This document shows positions 25,046-37,029 of a stretch of DNA of 64,000 nucleotides, in pieces. This DNA is from Callorhinchus milii (taxonomy: Eukaryota), in the NCBI RefSeq assembly GCF_018977255.1, contig NW_024704742.1, forward strand, positions 85,128,001 through 85,192,000. The letters are read 5' to 3'. Every line of letters begins with the position of its first letter. The stretch's first letter is position 1. Under the pieces are notes generated by a model. That model was not told where the DNA came from and searched no databases. It worked only from the letters and a program-made list of their open reading frames with translations. The position numbers were made by a program, and so were the translations under genes.

Positions 25046-25329
25046 TCTGAACCTCTCTCATGATCCTGTGAAGCATGTCATGTTGTACTACGTTTCATGT
25101 GGTTTTGTGCCTCTCTACAAATTTTTCTCTCAATAGCAGAAAAGCGAATATAGATTTTTATAAATACAAAACAGACATTTATAGACTGATACAACTAATT
25201 TAATCAAAGCATCAAACTCAAACATGCCACTGAGTACGATATATAACAGATTCAGGTAACATAGAGAACAATATCCCTCAGAGGCATGAGCTGTGAGAAA
25301 CTACTGTATATAATTGTCCAGCACGCTTT

Positions 25330-26985
25330 AACCTGGGTTCAATTCCCGGCAGGGGCACGTTTCCTTACTCCACAAGCCTCTGTTTACCTGGCAGTTAGTA
25401 GAAACCCAGTTGTTAGTCGACTGGCGGATCACTTTTCGGGGGGTAATAACCCCTTTAAAAAACGTTTTGGTTACTCAATCCACGTCTGTTTGTGGGACAC
25501 TGCTGTGCGTAATTGGCTGCTATGTTTCGCTCACAAAATATACAATCAATTCACTTTACAATATATTCTGTGAAGCATTTTGAGACATCTCAAAGACGTG
25601 ATAAGGCACGATATCAAATGCAAGCATTATTATTTATTATTATCTCAAACCAGGAAGTATTTCTTTGCCCAGAAACAGACTGGAACAGGTTACAGAAAAG
25701 GTGGTTGAAGCCAGGACACTGGACTCTTTTAAGAAACAGCTTGATGCTGGGGTAGAAGGAAGGAAGAGTGGATATTCTAGAGGGATGTTATCAGATGGAC
25801 CGAAACTAATCTTGAGGAAAGGAAACACTGGAACTTTATCTCATGCTTTTCTGTATAAAGTAGACCCACAATTAATAATATAATAATAATAATCCTGGCA
25901 TACATTGCATCTTTCATGTTGGAAGGACATCTCAAACCACTTCACAGGATTTCACTGTAAAGTGCAGTGACTATGTATACGCAAACGTGGCAGCCAATTT
26001 GCCCACAGTAAAATCCCACAACAGGCATGGAGTGAGTGACCAGTTCACATGGAGGGCCTCTGAAACTTTCTGTTTGAACATGTTTCGCCCACAAGATACA
26101 CAGTCACTCCACTTTACAGTATATTCTGTAAAGCGCATTGAGACATCTCAACGACATGATAAGGAGCTTTATCATATGCAAGGATTATTATTATTATTAA
26201 CATTTTCTCACGCTCTCTTTCTCCCTCATCCAAGATTCCGCCCTTGAAACTCAATGAGTTGCTGGAGGACTTCCACGTGACGGTGAGGAAAATGGATGGC
26301 TCAGATTTCCTGGCGACCTTACTGCATGCCATCCGGCGCGGGCTGGACCGGGTGCTAAAGAACGCCAACATGGACTTCTCTGTCGAGAACTCGTGATTAA
26401 TTAGCCCCCGCTCTCTTTTCCCTTGTCAGACTCTCTGGGATCACACTATATAAGATTAAGAAATAAAGTGGTGTTCCTTGGAATTAGTTCCTTCTCAAAA
26501 TAAGACCATTGTGAACCATCATAAGTATTTAGAAGCTGAAAAGAAATGTAGTCACTCAATCCACGACTGTTTGTGGCACACTGCTCTATGCTAGTGTCTG
26601 CCATGTTTATTGAAACATATACAAATCAGTCCATTGTTTTGCATCTCACTGCTAAGGTGTGCATCAGGCAAGTAATGATACATTAAATGTTTCTGTTGGT
26701 CTTGTCTCTGAAACAGGTTTTGGAGCACTTTAAATATGTAGCCATGCAAGGGCTCAGATTCTGGTTTGTGTCACCTGGAAGATACAAGAAGGAATTAAAA
26801 GAGTTTCTGACCCATTTATTTCCAGAAAAGACAACAGGGTTTCATCTTAAAGAATCCTGCTCCGGGGCACATCACCCTGGAGATCAGTTCCCACGTTTCC
26901 TGTTATCGGAACAAATATCACAAATTGCACTCTTTTAAACCTTTTAAATGCACTGCCCAATTGTTTCATGGACACCTGGTGTGAT
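25330..26985 (+). repeat. Diverged, deletion-riddled duplicate of about 2790-6515 (KIAA1958 last intron, exon, 3' region)
   Basis: Colinear blocks: 25645-25740 with 3135-3230; 26195-26383 with 3240-3430; 26385-26475 with 5108-5216; 26475-26985 with 5961-6515. Confidence 0.9.
26235..26396 (+). pseudogene. KIAA1958: Truncated duplicate of the KIAA1958 last exon (53 codons plus TGA)
   Basis: Acceptor AG retained at 26233-26234; IPPLKLNELLEDFHVTVRKMDGSDFLATLLHAIRRGLDRVLKNANMDFSVENS*. Confidence 0.9.
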
Positions 26986-27804
26986 TCAATTTTTAAACTT
27001 CTTTCTTGCGTCTAATTTCTTGATTTGCCCTATCACCCCCAGGCCATCTCTGCAGTGATTTGCTTTGCTCAGCCAGGTGTCTTAACACATTGGAAACCCA
27101 TCACCTCAGGCCTCCTGCATGTTCCTCATGCCATCCGTCCCACCATCGGTGGCCACACTTTCAGCCACAACACTACAAAACTCTTCCTCTACCCCTCCAG
27201 CTTGCCCCTTCCTTCACCATCTTCAGATTGCACCTGAAGACCTTTCTCTTCGACCATGCCTACGGTCACCTTCCTCCGGCTTGGCATCGTGCTCCGCCAC
27301 TGTCAAACTCTCTGAGATGCTGCCCACGATATAAATGCAAGTTGTTGTGGTTGGGGTATTGCTAGAATCCAACCAGCTAAAACCACATAGCTTGCCATTG
27401 ATATCACCGTCTGGCAAGCTTTCCCTACCCATTAAGGCTTTAGCTTGCAAGGTTAACAGGAGCTGAGGATTCCCTACCCCCAGTGACCAGTTTGCCCTTC
27501 CATGTCCTGGCTGTGCTGTCATCAGGGGTGCACTTCAGTGATAATGTAGAGCCTGCTCAAAAACGATCAATTTTGTTTCTGTCGGGTGCTGTTTGACCAG
27601 CCTTTTCTGCTCATGTTTCTGATTACAGCACTCGCAGGGTTTCTATTTTATAAATGGCAATAAAACAGATTGCTCCGGTCCAGGGATTGTTACATTCCAG
27701 TGCTGGTCAAGTGCTCTGAGACACTACCCGTGTGAAGAGAGCTATAGAAATACAAGTTGTTGTTGTTGGTGAACAACAAAACCCAAAACTCTCACACACA
27801 TGGA

Positions 27805-28360
27805 AATTCCCTCCTCACCGGCCTCCCCAACTCTTCCCTTCACAAGCTGCAGATCATCCAAAAGTCTGCAGATTGTATCCTCTCCGCACCAGGCTCCCTG
27901 ACTCCTTCACCCCCACCCTCGCCCGACTCCACTGGTTCCCCATCCCTCAGAGAATTCAAAATCCTCATCCTCACTTTCAAGGCCCTCCACAGCCTTGCCC
28001 CCCCTCCTACCTCTCTGACCTGCTCAGCCCCTATCAACCTGTCTGCTCCCTCCGTTCAGCAGGCCATGGTTTCCCACCCGACCCGCCCTACCATTGGCAG
28101 CCGGGCTTTCAGCCTCTCTGCTCCCATCCTCTGGAACTCCATCCCGCAATCCCTTCACCTTGCTCCCTCTCTTGCCTCCAAGGCACAACTCAAGACCCTC
28201 CTTTACAACGGTACCTTCAGCGCCCTTCCATCTCTTTGACCTCCCTCACCCCAACCCTGCCCTCCCCACGCTTGAATCCTGATCCCCGACTGTTCAGCAC
28301 CTTGGGACTTCCTCCCGACGTGAAAGGGGCTTCACAAATGTTATTTTGTTGTTGGTGGTG
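27805..28360 (+). mobile_element. L2 LINE 3' fragment
   Basis: NSLLTGLPNSSLHKLQIIQ..LHWFPIPQRI..PILWNSIPQSL plus tail. Confidence 0.9.
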
Positions 28361-29119
28361 GTTGTACCTGGTGTGTGAAAACTTCTATCCCTTGAGAGGT
28401 TGCAATTCTCCAGAACAGGAAAACAGCGGGACACCATACAGTCTAGTATAGAAACACATTGAAAGAAGATGCGAAAGTGAAATAAATAAGTTACAAGGGG
28501 ACAGAGAGGTTACAACAATGTTTCTCAGGAAAGTGGTTTCACTGTCACAGCGCATTGCACCATAAACTGGGATTTCTGTAGGGAGTCTCTGTCTCATACC
28601 AGGTTGACTCTTAAAAACTAGTTCCTGACCCTTGGTCTCACTGATCAACGTGAAGTCCAGGGCTTCCTCCTCAGAACGTAGCTGATTTAGTGAGACACTG
28701 TCTCGGCAGCGAGTCACCAGTACTGCTGACTGTTACTTGAGAAGCGCAGAGAGAGAGACACGGTAATGTCTAACAGTGAGGCTTGCCAGAGAACTCAGGG
28801 ATCCTTCAAATTAGTAGTAATAATAAACCATTTAGAATTTAATTCTACAGACTGATTTAAACTGTAATAACATAATAATAATAATAAATAGTAATAATCT
28901 TTATGAGCATGTGGATGTTTAGCAGTTTGCTTCTACCTGGCGTGTGTGTTTTTGGTATCCCCGTCATACAAGGAACCCAAAGAAAGATCTCACTGCATTC
29001 TATAAATGATTGAAAGCAATACAAGAGCCAGAAGTAAAACAGTCTAGACATTCAGTCATTTCTTACCATAATCTTCTTCACTGAATTCTTCTTCACCTGA
29101 TATTGGTTAGAACATGGTT

Positions 29120-29423
29120 AGTGGTTAAAGCACTCGCTTTGCAAGTGAGAGACCTGAGTTCAATTCCAGGCAGAGGGTGAAACCTTGGGCAAGTTTCCTA
29201 ACTCCACACAGAGCCTAATAATCATCCCTCCAAAAATAAAACAATAGTAAATTGGTCATTTTCAATCCACGACTGTTTGTGGGACACTGCTGTGCGCAAT
29301 TGGCTGCCACGTTCGCCCACAAATATGCAGTCAATTCACTTTATAGTATATCCTGTGAAGCGCTTTGGGACATCTAGAAGACGTGAAAAGCACTATATCA
29401 AATGCAAGGATTATTATTATTAT
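29120..29423 (+). mobile_element. tRNA-derived SINE, slightly 5'-truncated
   Basis: Same family consensus and (ATT)n tail. Confidence 0.88.
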
Positions 29424-29429
29424 AACACA

Positions 29430-29834
29430 AGAACATAAGAATGTATGCTAGATGAGAGACTAAAGTCCATCCATAAGACCGTAAAACGTAGGAGCAGGAG
29501 AGGGCTATTCGGTCCCTCGAGTCTGCCCCGCCATTTAATAAAATCATGGCTGATCTTCAAACCTAATTCCATTTACCTGTTTTATCCCCATATCCCTTAA
29601 TCCCTCTATCGTTTAGAAATCTATCAACCTCAGTCTTGAATATGTTCAAGGATTGAGCATCGACAGCCTTCTGAGGCAGAGAATTCCACAGATTCACTAC
29701 CCTCTGAGTGAAGAAATGTTTCCTCAACTCAGTTCGAAAAGGCTGACCCTTAATATTGAAACTATGACCCCTAGTTTTAGATTCTCCAACCAGGGAAAAG
29801 AGTCTCACAGCAACTACCCTGTCAAGACCTTTAA
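29430..29834 (-). mobile_element. CR1 (shark HER1-like) LINE 3' end
   Basis: LKGLDRV..GESKTRGHSFNIKGQPFRTELRKHFFTQRVVNLWNSLPQKAV..FKTEVDRFL, then UTR TCAGCCATGAT..AATGGCGG..CCTGCTCCTA. Confidence 0.92.
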
Positions 29835-29954
29835 GAGTCCTGTCGCTCAGTGGAGTAAGGAAACTTGCCCAAGGTTTCGCCCTGCCGGGAAATGAACTCA
29901 GGTCTCTCGCTTGCAAAGCGAGTGCTCTAACCACTGAGCTGCAGGACTGCACGA

Positions 29955-30335
29955 TGCTCTCTTATACCCACAACCACCCGTTTCTAGTTTAAATACTCCC
30001 TAACCATTACTATTCATCCTGCCTGCCAACACCTCCACCCCACTTTTGTTCAGGTGGAGCCCATCTGGTCTGTATAGGTTCCAAAAGGTACCCCATTGTC
30101 TGAGGAAAATAAAACCTGATTCCCTACACCAATGCCTTAACTATACGTTGGTCTGTTCAATTGCCCTCTGTCTCTCCTCACTAGCATGTGGTACAGGTAG
30201 TATTTCAGAAAATACTATACACAAGATGTATTTCCCTTAAGCTTCATTCCTAATGCACTAAATTAGCACAAAGGACCTCTGGTCTATTATCTGTTATTTG
30301 GTTCCCACATGGACAACAACAATTGGTTCCTCACA
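29955..30335 (-). mobile_element. CR1 ORF1 esterase (SGNH) remnant
   Basis: EEPIVVVHVGT..VFSEILPVPHASEERQRAIEQTNV*LRHWCRESGFIF. Confidence 0.75.
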
Positions 30336-31280
30336 TGTTCCCTCTTGTATTTTTTGTTCCTCGGATGTCAGATCCTCAGCCCCTGCACCCGGAAGCAACA
30401 TGTTTGGTTTTTCAATCTTTTTGGAGAAGAATGCTAAAGGATCAAGTGAAGAGAAAGTCAGTAACACCAACATAATATAATCATCTTTGCATTTGATATA
30501 TAGGCAACTATGTTGTCAAGACGTCTCAAAGCTTTTCACAGCCAAATTGCATGCAACAATGTCCCGCAAACAGTCATGAAGCATACAATCAATTTTATTC
30601 AGGGGATTGTTGGCCACGACACCGGAGATGGAATGGCTGACACCTGTGACCTTTTTGTTAGTGCTCAGGCTGCGATTTTATCGTGTTGGTAATCGTTTGT
30701 GATACATCTTTATATAAAATTGAAATGCCTGGTCTAAAGTTTAGTCTTATAAGCTGGGCCAACAAAAAAGTGCGGTCTCTTTTCCGCAGAATCCGTTACA
30801 AACGCTCTCCTCCACTACAAACCTGCTATCAATATAGTTTCAGGCCCGCGGGGCTCCTGGCCATTTACCTGACGTCACTCTGGCCTCCGGACACCCATTC
30901 ACAGTGTAACACAAGGAGCAAATGGGCTTCACTCAGAGGACCCGCTTTTGTGATTGTCTGTGTGTTTGTGTGAGAGAGTGTGTGAGTGTGTAGGATTGTC
31001 TGTGTGATTGTGTGGCATTGTGTGTGTGTGTATGTGTGAGAGTGTGTGAGTGTGTATGAAAGTGGGCGTCATGCTTAATAGTATCCAAACCAGACTAAGA
31101 GTTCCACACAGGTATAAGAACTGCACAACAGAAAGGTATTAACAGAACCAAGCAGCCAGTCCACAGGTTTACATCTTGATTTAAAAGAAAACTGGCACCA
31201 ACAGTTACTGATTGATAGAGAGAGAGAGTGGAGCCAGAGCTGGGTTGGAGATTCAACAGTTGGTACGATCAAGAGAGGCT

Positions 31281-31491
31281 ACAAACGCACACCTGCACAC
31301 AGGTTACAAACGCACACCTGCACACAGGTTACAAACGCACACCTGCACACAGGTTACAAACGCACACCTGCACACAGGTTACAAACGCACACCTGCACAC
31401 AGGTTACAAACGCACACCTGCACACAGGTTACAAACGCACACCTGCACACAGGTTACAAACGCACACCTGCACACAGGTGACAAACGCACA
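31281..31491. repeat. 25-bp minisatellite, 8 units plus partial
   Basis: Counted directly; paralog of 19097. Confidence 0.97.
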
Positions 31492-32078
31492 GCTCACACA
31501 AGACTGCTGTTTGGAAGAGATGGTGAGGGCAGCAAAAAAGATGAAATTCTGCCTACCTCTCCTTATCCTGGATTTGAGGTGGTCCTGAAGACCTTCAGTG
31601 GGGTCTGAAAGAATGAAAAGAGTCAAAGAATAAAAGTTGTTGTTGTTGATTGTACCTGGTGTGTGAAACCTGCTACCTCTTGAGGGGTTGTATTTCTGCA
31701 GGAGAACATCAGGACACTATACACCCTGGTATAATAACACATCGAAAGAAGCTGTGTAAGTCAATACCCCCCGTTATCTATCCCTGGAGCCTGACTTACC
31801 GACCACAGCACTGAGTAAGAGCAGAAAGACCAGGGTTTTCATGTTGCTGATCTCTACACTATGTGCAGATCTGTTGCCCAGCTCCTGCCCCACTGTGTGA
31901 GGCAGCACACGAGAGAGGTATTTATGGCCGGCATCATCGCTGTCTGAGTGGCAATTGGTTGCTGGAATTTTGCGTAGATTTTTTGATCTTTTAAGTAAGA
32001 GAAGTTGGACTTTGCAGGCAGCCAGAGGGCTTGGGATCAGGATAATTCCTGCCTCTTGGAGATCAGACTAGTAGCTCA

Positions 32079-32402
32079 GTCCTGTTGCTCAGTGCTTAGG
32101 GCACTCGCTTTGCAAGTGAGAGACCTGAGTTCAATTCCAGGCAGCGTGAAACCTTGGGCAAGTTTCCTTACTCCACACAGAGCCTAATAATAATCCCTCC
32201 AAAACCAAAAACAATAATAAAAATTGGTCATTTTCTATCTACGACTGTTTGTGGGACATTGCTGTGCGTAATTGGCTGCCGCGTTCGCCCACAAATATAC
32301 AGTCAATTCACTTTACAGTGTGTTCTGTGAAGCGCTTTGGGACGTTCTCCCGACATGAAAAGCGCTATATCAAATGCAAGGAGTATTATTATTGTTATTA
32401 AT
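32079..32402 (+). mobile_element. Full-length tRNA-derived SINE, absent from the duplicate
   Basis: Flanked by ATCAG at 32062-32066 and 32403-32407; single ATCAG at the empty site 19857-19861. Confidence 0.92.
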
Positions 32403-33764
32403 ATCAGCAGATAGCCGTGATTTCCAGATCACTGCCACCAGAACAGAACTGGTTACTAACACAGAATAATGAACATTTAAACCCTGGCAGAAAGAGAGAG
32501 ACAGAGTGATGGTTACACAGACTAACCATCTAAGAGCAAACACCTTGAAATATACATTGAAGAGGTAGATAACATGCATTTATTTCTTGTTAAATAATTG
32601 CAATAAAATAAAAGGAAAGAAGCATACTGGCTTTTTAGGGTAAAACTCCCCATTAGTCCCCGAAAACATTATATTTATTTAAAGTGTTACTTCCACAAAA
32701 TAGGTGGTCACACACATCACTTTATAGTAGATCCTGTGAAGCACTTTTAAAATGTCTCAATGACGTGATAAGGCTTTATATCGAATACCATTATACATTA
32801 TTACAATATTCCTTGCATTTGATATAGTGCCTTATCGCATCGTCGAGAATCTCGAAGTGTCTTCACAGAATTTACTGTATAATGAATTGACTGTATTTTG
32901 TGGGTGAAATATGGCAGCCAATTGCATTCAGCAGTGCCCCACAAACAGTCGTGGATTGAAAGACCAAATTATTTTTTTCCCAATTACATTAGGAAACAGC
33001 GTCCATTGAAATGAGCCCCTTTACCAGGACTCAATAAATGTGGTTCATGATTTTTTCCTTATCAGAGGACGCTTCATAGCTACTTGGTGAACATAGTGCT
33101 TCATTCCCTCCAGTAAAAGTGGGCTGCAGGGTTCAGGAGTGAGAAAGCTGCTTGTGAGGTACAGAGAATTCTTTATTTTGGCAATAAACATCAATCATAT
33201 CAACAACTTCACAGGCACCAATTCTTTACTGTGTGTCAGCTTGGCTCAGATAGTTGCACTCTCAGTCTCGGGACTTGGAATCACATAATCTAAGATGACA
33301 CACTTAAGAAACGGGATTTATTTTAAGCACTAACAACAGGACTTAACCCCCTTCACTATATTTACAGTGATAGGCTCTGGTTATGGGTTAATCAATTTCA
33401 TTATAATGGCTCGTATTAACAGTCTTGTTGCTTATACCCTCACCCCTGATTAACATACACTCAAGTTGTATTTAATTTAGGGCAAAGAAGTTATTTTTAT
33501 TACATACTTAGTTGCACTAATTCACATATATCTTACGGTCGTAACATTATTCAAATTAAAGTGCAACTCTTAACGCTCTATGGGTATCTTATTTACTATT
33601 TAAGATGATTAGGAGCAGACTCACAACACAATTTAGTCAAGGAAATCAACTCTGAATCTGAGAAATCTAACTCCCAGTTCAGTCACGTATCTTGGTTGCG
33701 CCAGAAGCGACCCTGATGTTCTAAAACCACCAATATTTATAGTACTTTATACTATGTTTAATAT

Positions 33765-34155
33765 AAATCTATCTCTGGGATTTCCACGTGTGGGTGGAAT
33801 GCATGAAAATCTCAGCTTGGTTTGGGTTTCCACATGTGTCAGACACCCAGTGACCTAAAAAAATTATCTGACCCTCTCTCATGATCCTGTGACGCATGTC
33901 ATGTTGTTCTGCATTTTACGTGGTTTTGTGCTTCTCTACAAATTTCTCTCTCAATAGCAGAAAAGCGAATATAGATTTTTGTAAATACAAAAAAGACATT
34001 TATAGACTGACACAACTAATTTATTCAAAGCATCAAACCTAAACACACCACTGAGTATGATATATAACAGATTCAGGCAACATAGAGAACAATATCCCTT
34101 AGAGGCATGAGCTGTGAGAAACTACTGTATATAATAATCCAGCACGCTTTAACCT
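33765..34155. repeat. Duplicate of about 24920-25333
   Basis: Colinear from AATCTATCTCTGGGATTTCC to CCAGCACGCTTTAACCT, moderately diverged. Confidence 0.85.
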
Positions 34156-35994
34156 TTAAAAAAGGTGTCTGGATTTCAAGCTCCTCAAACTCATCCTCAA
34201 AACCCTTCATGCCCTGGCACCTCCCCAGCTCTCCAACCTGCTTACTCCCCAACTGATTACCCTTTGCCTCCGCTCAACTGGGTCTGGCTTCCTGCATGTC
34301 CCTTGTGCCCTCTGTTCCACCATTGATGGCCACGCTTTCAGCCTCTATGCCCTGACACTCTGGAATGCTCTTCCTCTGTCCGTCCACCTTGCCCCATCCT
34401 TCCCCTGGTTGCGACTGAAGGCTTTCCTCTTTGACTGTGCCTACGGGCATCTCCCCCTCCCCCCAGCTGGGCATCATGCTCCGCCACTGTCAAGCATTCT
34501 GGAACGCTATCGTGCTTGAGGAATGCCTTATATCTGCAAGATGTTCTTGTCTGAGGGAGGATTTTGTAAGGGTGTATATATAAGATGTTAAATGGGATTA
34601 AGTAAACCCAGAACATTATTTTCAGTTGTAATAAAGTCACAGATTTACAGTTGTGAAACTATAGAAAAAACACTGGGATGTATTTTTTTTGCAGTTTTAT
34701 TTTATTGAGAGAATAAATGGAGCTGAAGCAACTCACAAGGAAGGGTGGCTGAGGCCAGGAAACAGAAAACTTGATGCGGTAATGGGAGAGCAATGGAGCT
34801 GGTAATCTGGGAAGGAAGAGGTCAAATGGGTTGAAGACCCTTCATCTGAATGAGTCTCTTAAGATTTTGTTTAGGTGTTAGCTTGGCTCAGTTGGTAGCA
34901 CTCTCATCCGTGGGTCAGAAGGTTGTGGATTCATGTCTCACATCAGGAATTCTCTGGGTTGATATTCCAGGTAACAACAACAACCACTTGCATTTATATA
35001 GCACCCTTCACACAGTGGCGGAGCACAATGCCAAGCTGGGGGGAAGGGGAGGTGACCGTCGGCACGGTTGAAGAGGAAGGTCTTCAGTCACAACCTAAAG
35101 ATTGGGAAGCAGGGATGGATTGAGAGAGAGTATTCCAGAGTTTCGGCGCGTAGTGGCTGAAGGTGCGGCCACTGATGGTGGAACGGAGGGCACGAGGGAC
35201 AAGCAGGAGTCCAAAGCCAATCGAACGGCTAGCGGATTGAGGAGTGTAGTGCTGGAGGAGAACTGCCTTGTCAGAAATACTGCATTTTGCATTAAACCCC
35301 AACTCCAACCGAGGTCCCAATCCAGTTACTGTGAGCATTTTTCTTAGCAACTCAGACATGCACACAGAGGATTTTCTCTTTATATTGTAGTGTGAAGGTT
35401 AGTCTCACAAGATAAATATTGCAAAATAAAGCATTTTTATAGAGTGTACGATTAGGGTCAAAAAGATATATATAATAAAGTCAGAAACAGGGACAATCAG
35501 AACGACAGTGGCAGAGAACGTGGAGAACAAAATGGTTGGTACTCCAGTGACACTATAACTCCTGATGGAACAGCTCTTCAATTATCACAGTAATCAGTCT
35601 GGCTCAGTTAGTGGCAATCTTGCTTCTAGGTCAGAATGTTAAGGGTTTAAGCTCCACATCAGGACTTTGAGCTGATAGTTGAGATTGACAGCCATTTAGT
35701 GCTGGGGGAGTGTCACACTGTCAAAAATTAGGTCCTTTGGATGAAACATGAAATCAGGGTCCTGTCTGTCTGTTCAGATACATGTTAATAATCCCACACC
35801 ACTATTTGAAAAGAGAAGGCAATTTCTCCTGATATCCTGGTCAACAGTCCTCCAGATAAAATCACTTTATGACTGTTTATGGGGCATTGCTGCTTGATAT
35901 TCAAATTGGCTGCAACGTTTGCCTACAAATGCACAGTCACTACACTTTACAGAAATGTTGTTTAGCACTTTGAGATGTTCTCAATGTTATAAGT

Positions 35995-36301
35995 GGAGTC
36001 CTGTAGCTCAGTGGTTAGAGCACTCGCTTTACAAGCGAGAGACCTGAGTTCAATTCCAGGCAGAGGGCGAAACCTTGGGCAAGTTTCCTTACTCCACACA
36101 GAGCCTAATAATAATCCCTCCAAAACCAAAAAACAATAATAAATTGGTCATATTCTATCTACGACTGTTTGTGGGACATTGCTGTGCGCAATTGGCTGCC
36201 GCGTTCGCCCACAAATATACAGTCAATTCACTTTACAGTGTGTTCTGTGAAGCGCTTTGGGACGTCCTCCCGACGTGAAAAGCGCTATATCAAATGCAAG
36301 G

Positions 36302-36337
<36 letters not shown>
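35995..36337 (+). mobile_element. Full-length tRNA-derived SINE with long (ATT)n tail and flanking direct repeat
   Basis: TTATAAGTG at 35987-35995 and 36333-36341; inserted in the tail of an older SINE (about 35600-35990). Confidence 0.93.
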
Positions 36338-37029
36338 AGTGATAATATAATAAATAGTCTTACCTACTTATATCAACCTGGGCAGGTTTTTCACATAGGC
36401 AGTCACAAGTAGACAATGGATATTTTGTGCTTAAAATTTCTGAACCATGTCTTTACATGTATTTTCGGTGATTTATTTTAAAAAGTTAATACATTTAATT
36501 AAAATTTTTTAACCATTTATTTATATGTATTTTCATTACCTTATTTAAACAGTCATGTAACTAAACATAATCATTTAAGAGTACACTGTCGACATAAGTG
36601 GTAATAAAACAATGCCTTTAATACTTTAGGGACCTAAACAATTTGTCCACATAAGCGTGCCAGAGTTTATGTTGATGTCAAAATAGATAGTAAAGTTTCA
36701 GTATTAATGTATGGAGAAGTGACTGACTAGGACTTCACTTTTTTGTGGATGTTAATGGGATGTCAACATAAACAGGTTTGAGATAAGCGCATAGGACTTT
36801 ATAACTATAGAAAGAGAATGTTAAGTCAAATGTATAGATGATTGTGTCATTCACTGTTCCAGTCATCAGACATTCGGTATCCATGTGTCTCGTAACTAAG
36901 GAATGTATATCATTAAAATTACATGGGTTAGTATTTCATAGAATCAAATTACCAGGAATGTCATGAAGTATTAATGCATCTCTTATCTGCAGAGAATTGC
37001 ATATTAAAGATAAGAACAGAAACCCCTGC

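Noticed and set aside
28385..28717. 110-aa minus ORF as an intact gene
   Set aside because: Non-ATG start; the upstream half is not shared with the paralog at 8.2-8.6 kb, and paralogs carry stops and indels. Treated only as part of the decayed exon family.
35995..36070. tRNA-Val/Ala gene calls at SINE heads
   Set aside because: Each continues into the SINE body and (ATT)n tail with no oligo-T terminator after the head.
36580..36830. Repeated ACATAAG/TTATGT motifs suggesting a DNA-transposon relic
   Set aside because: No clear terminal inverted repeats or target duplication could be defined by eye.
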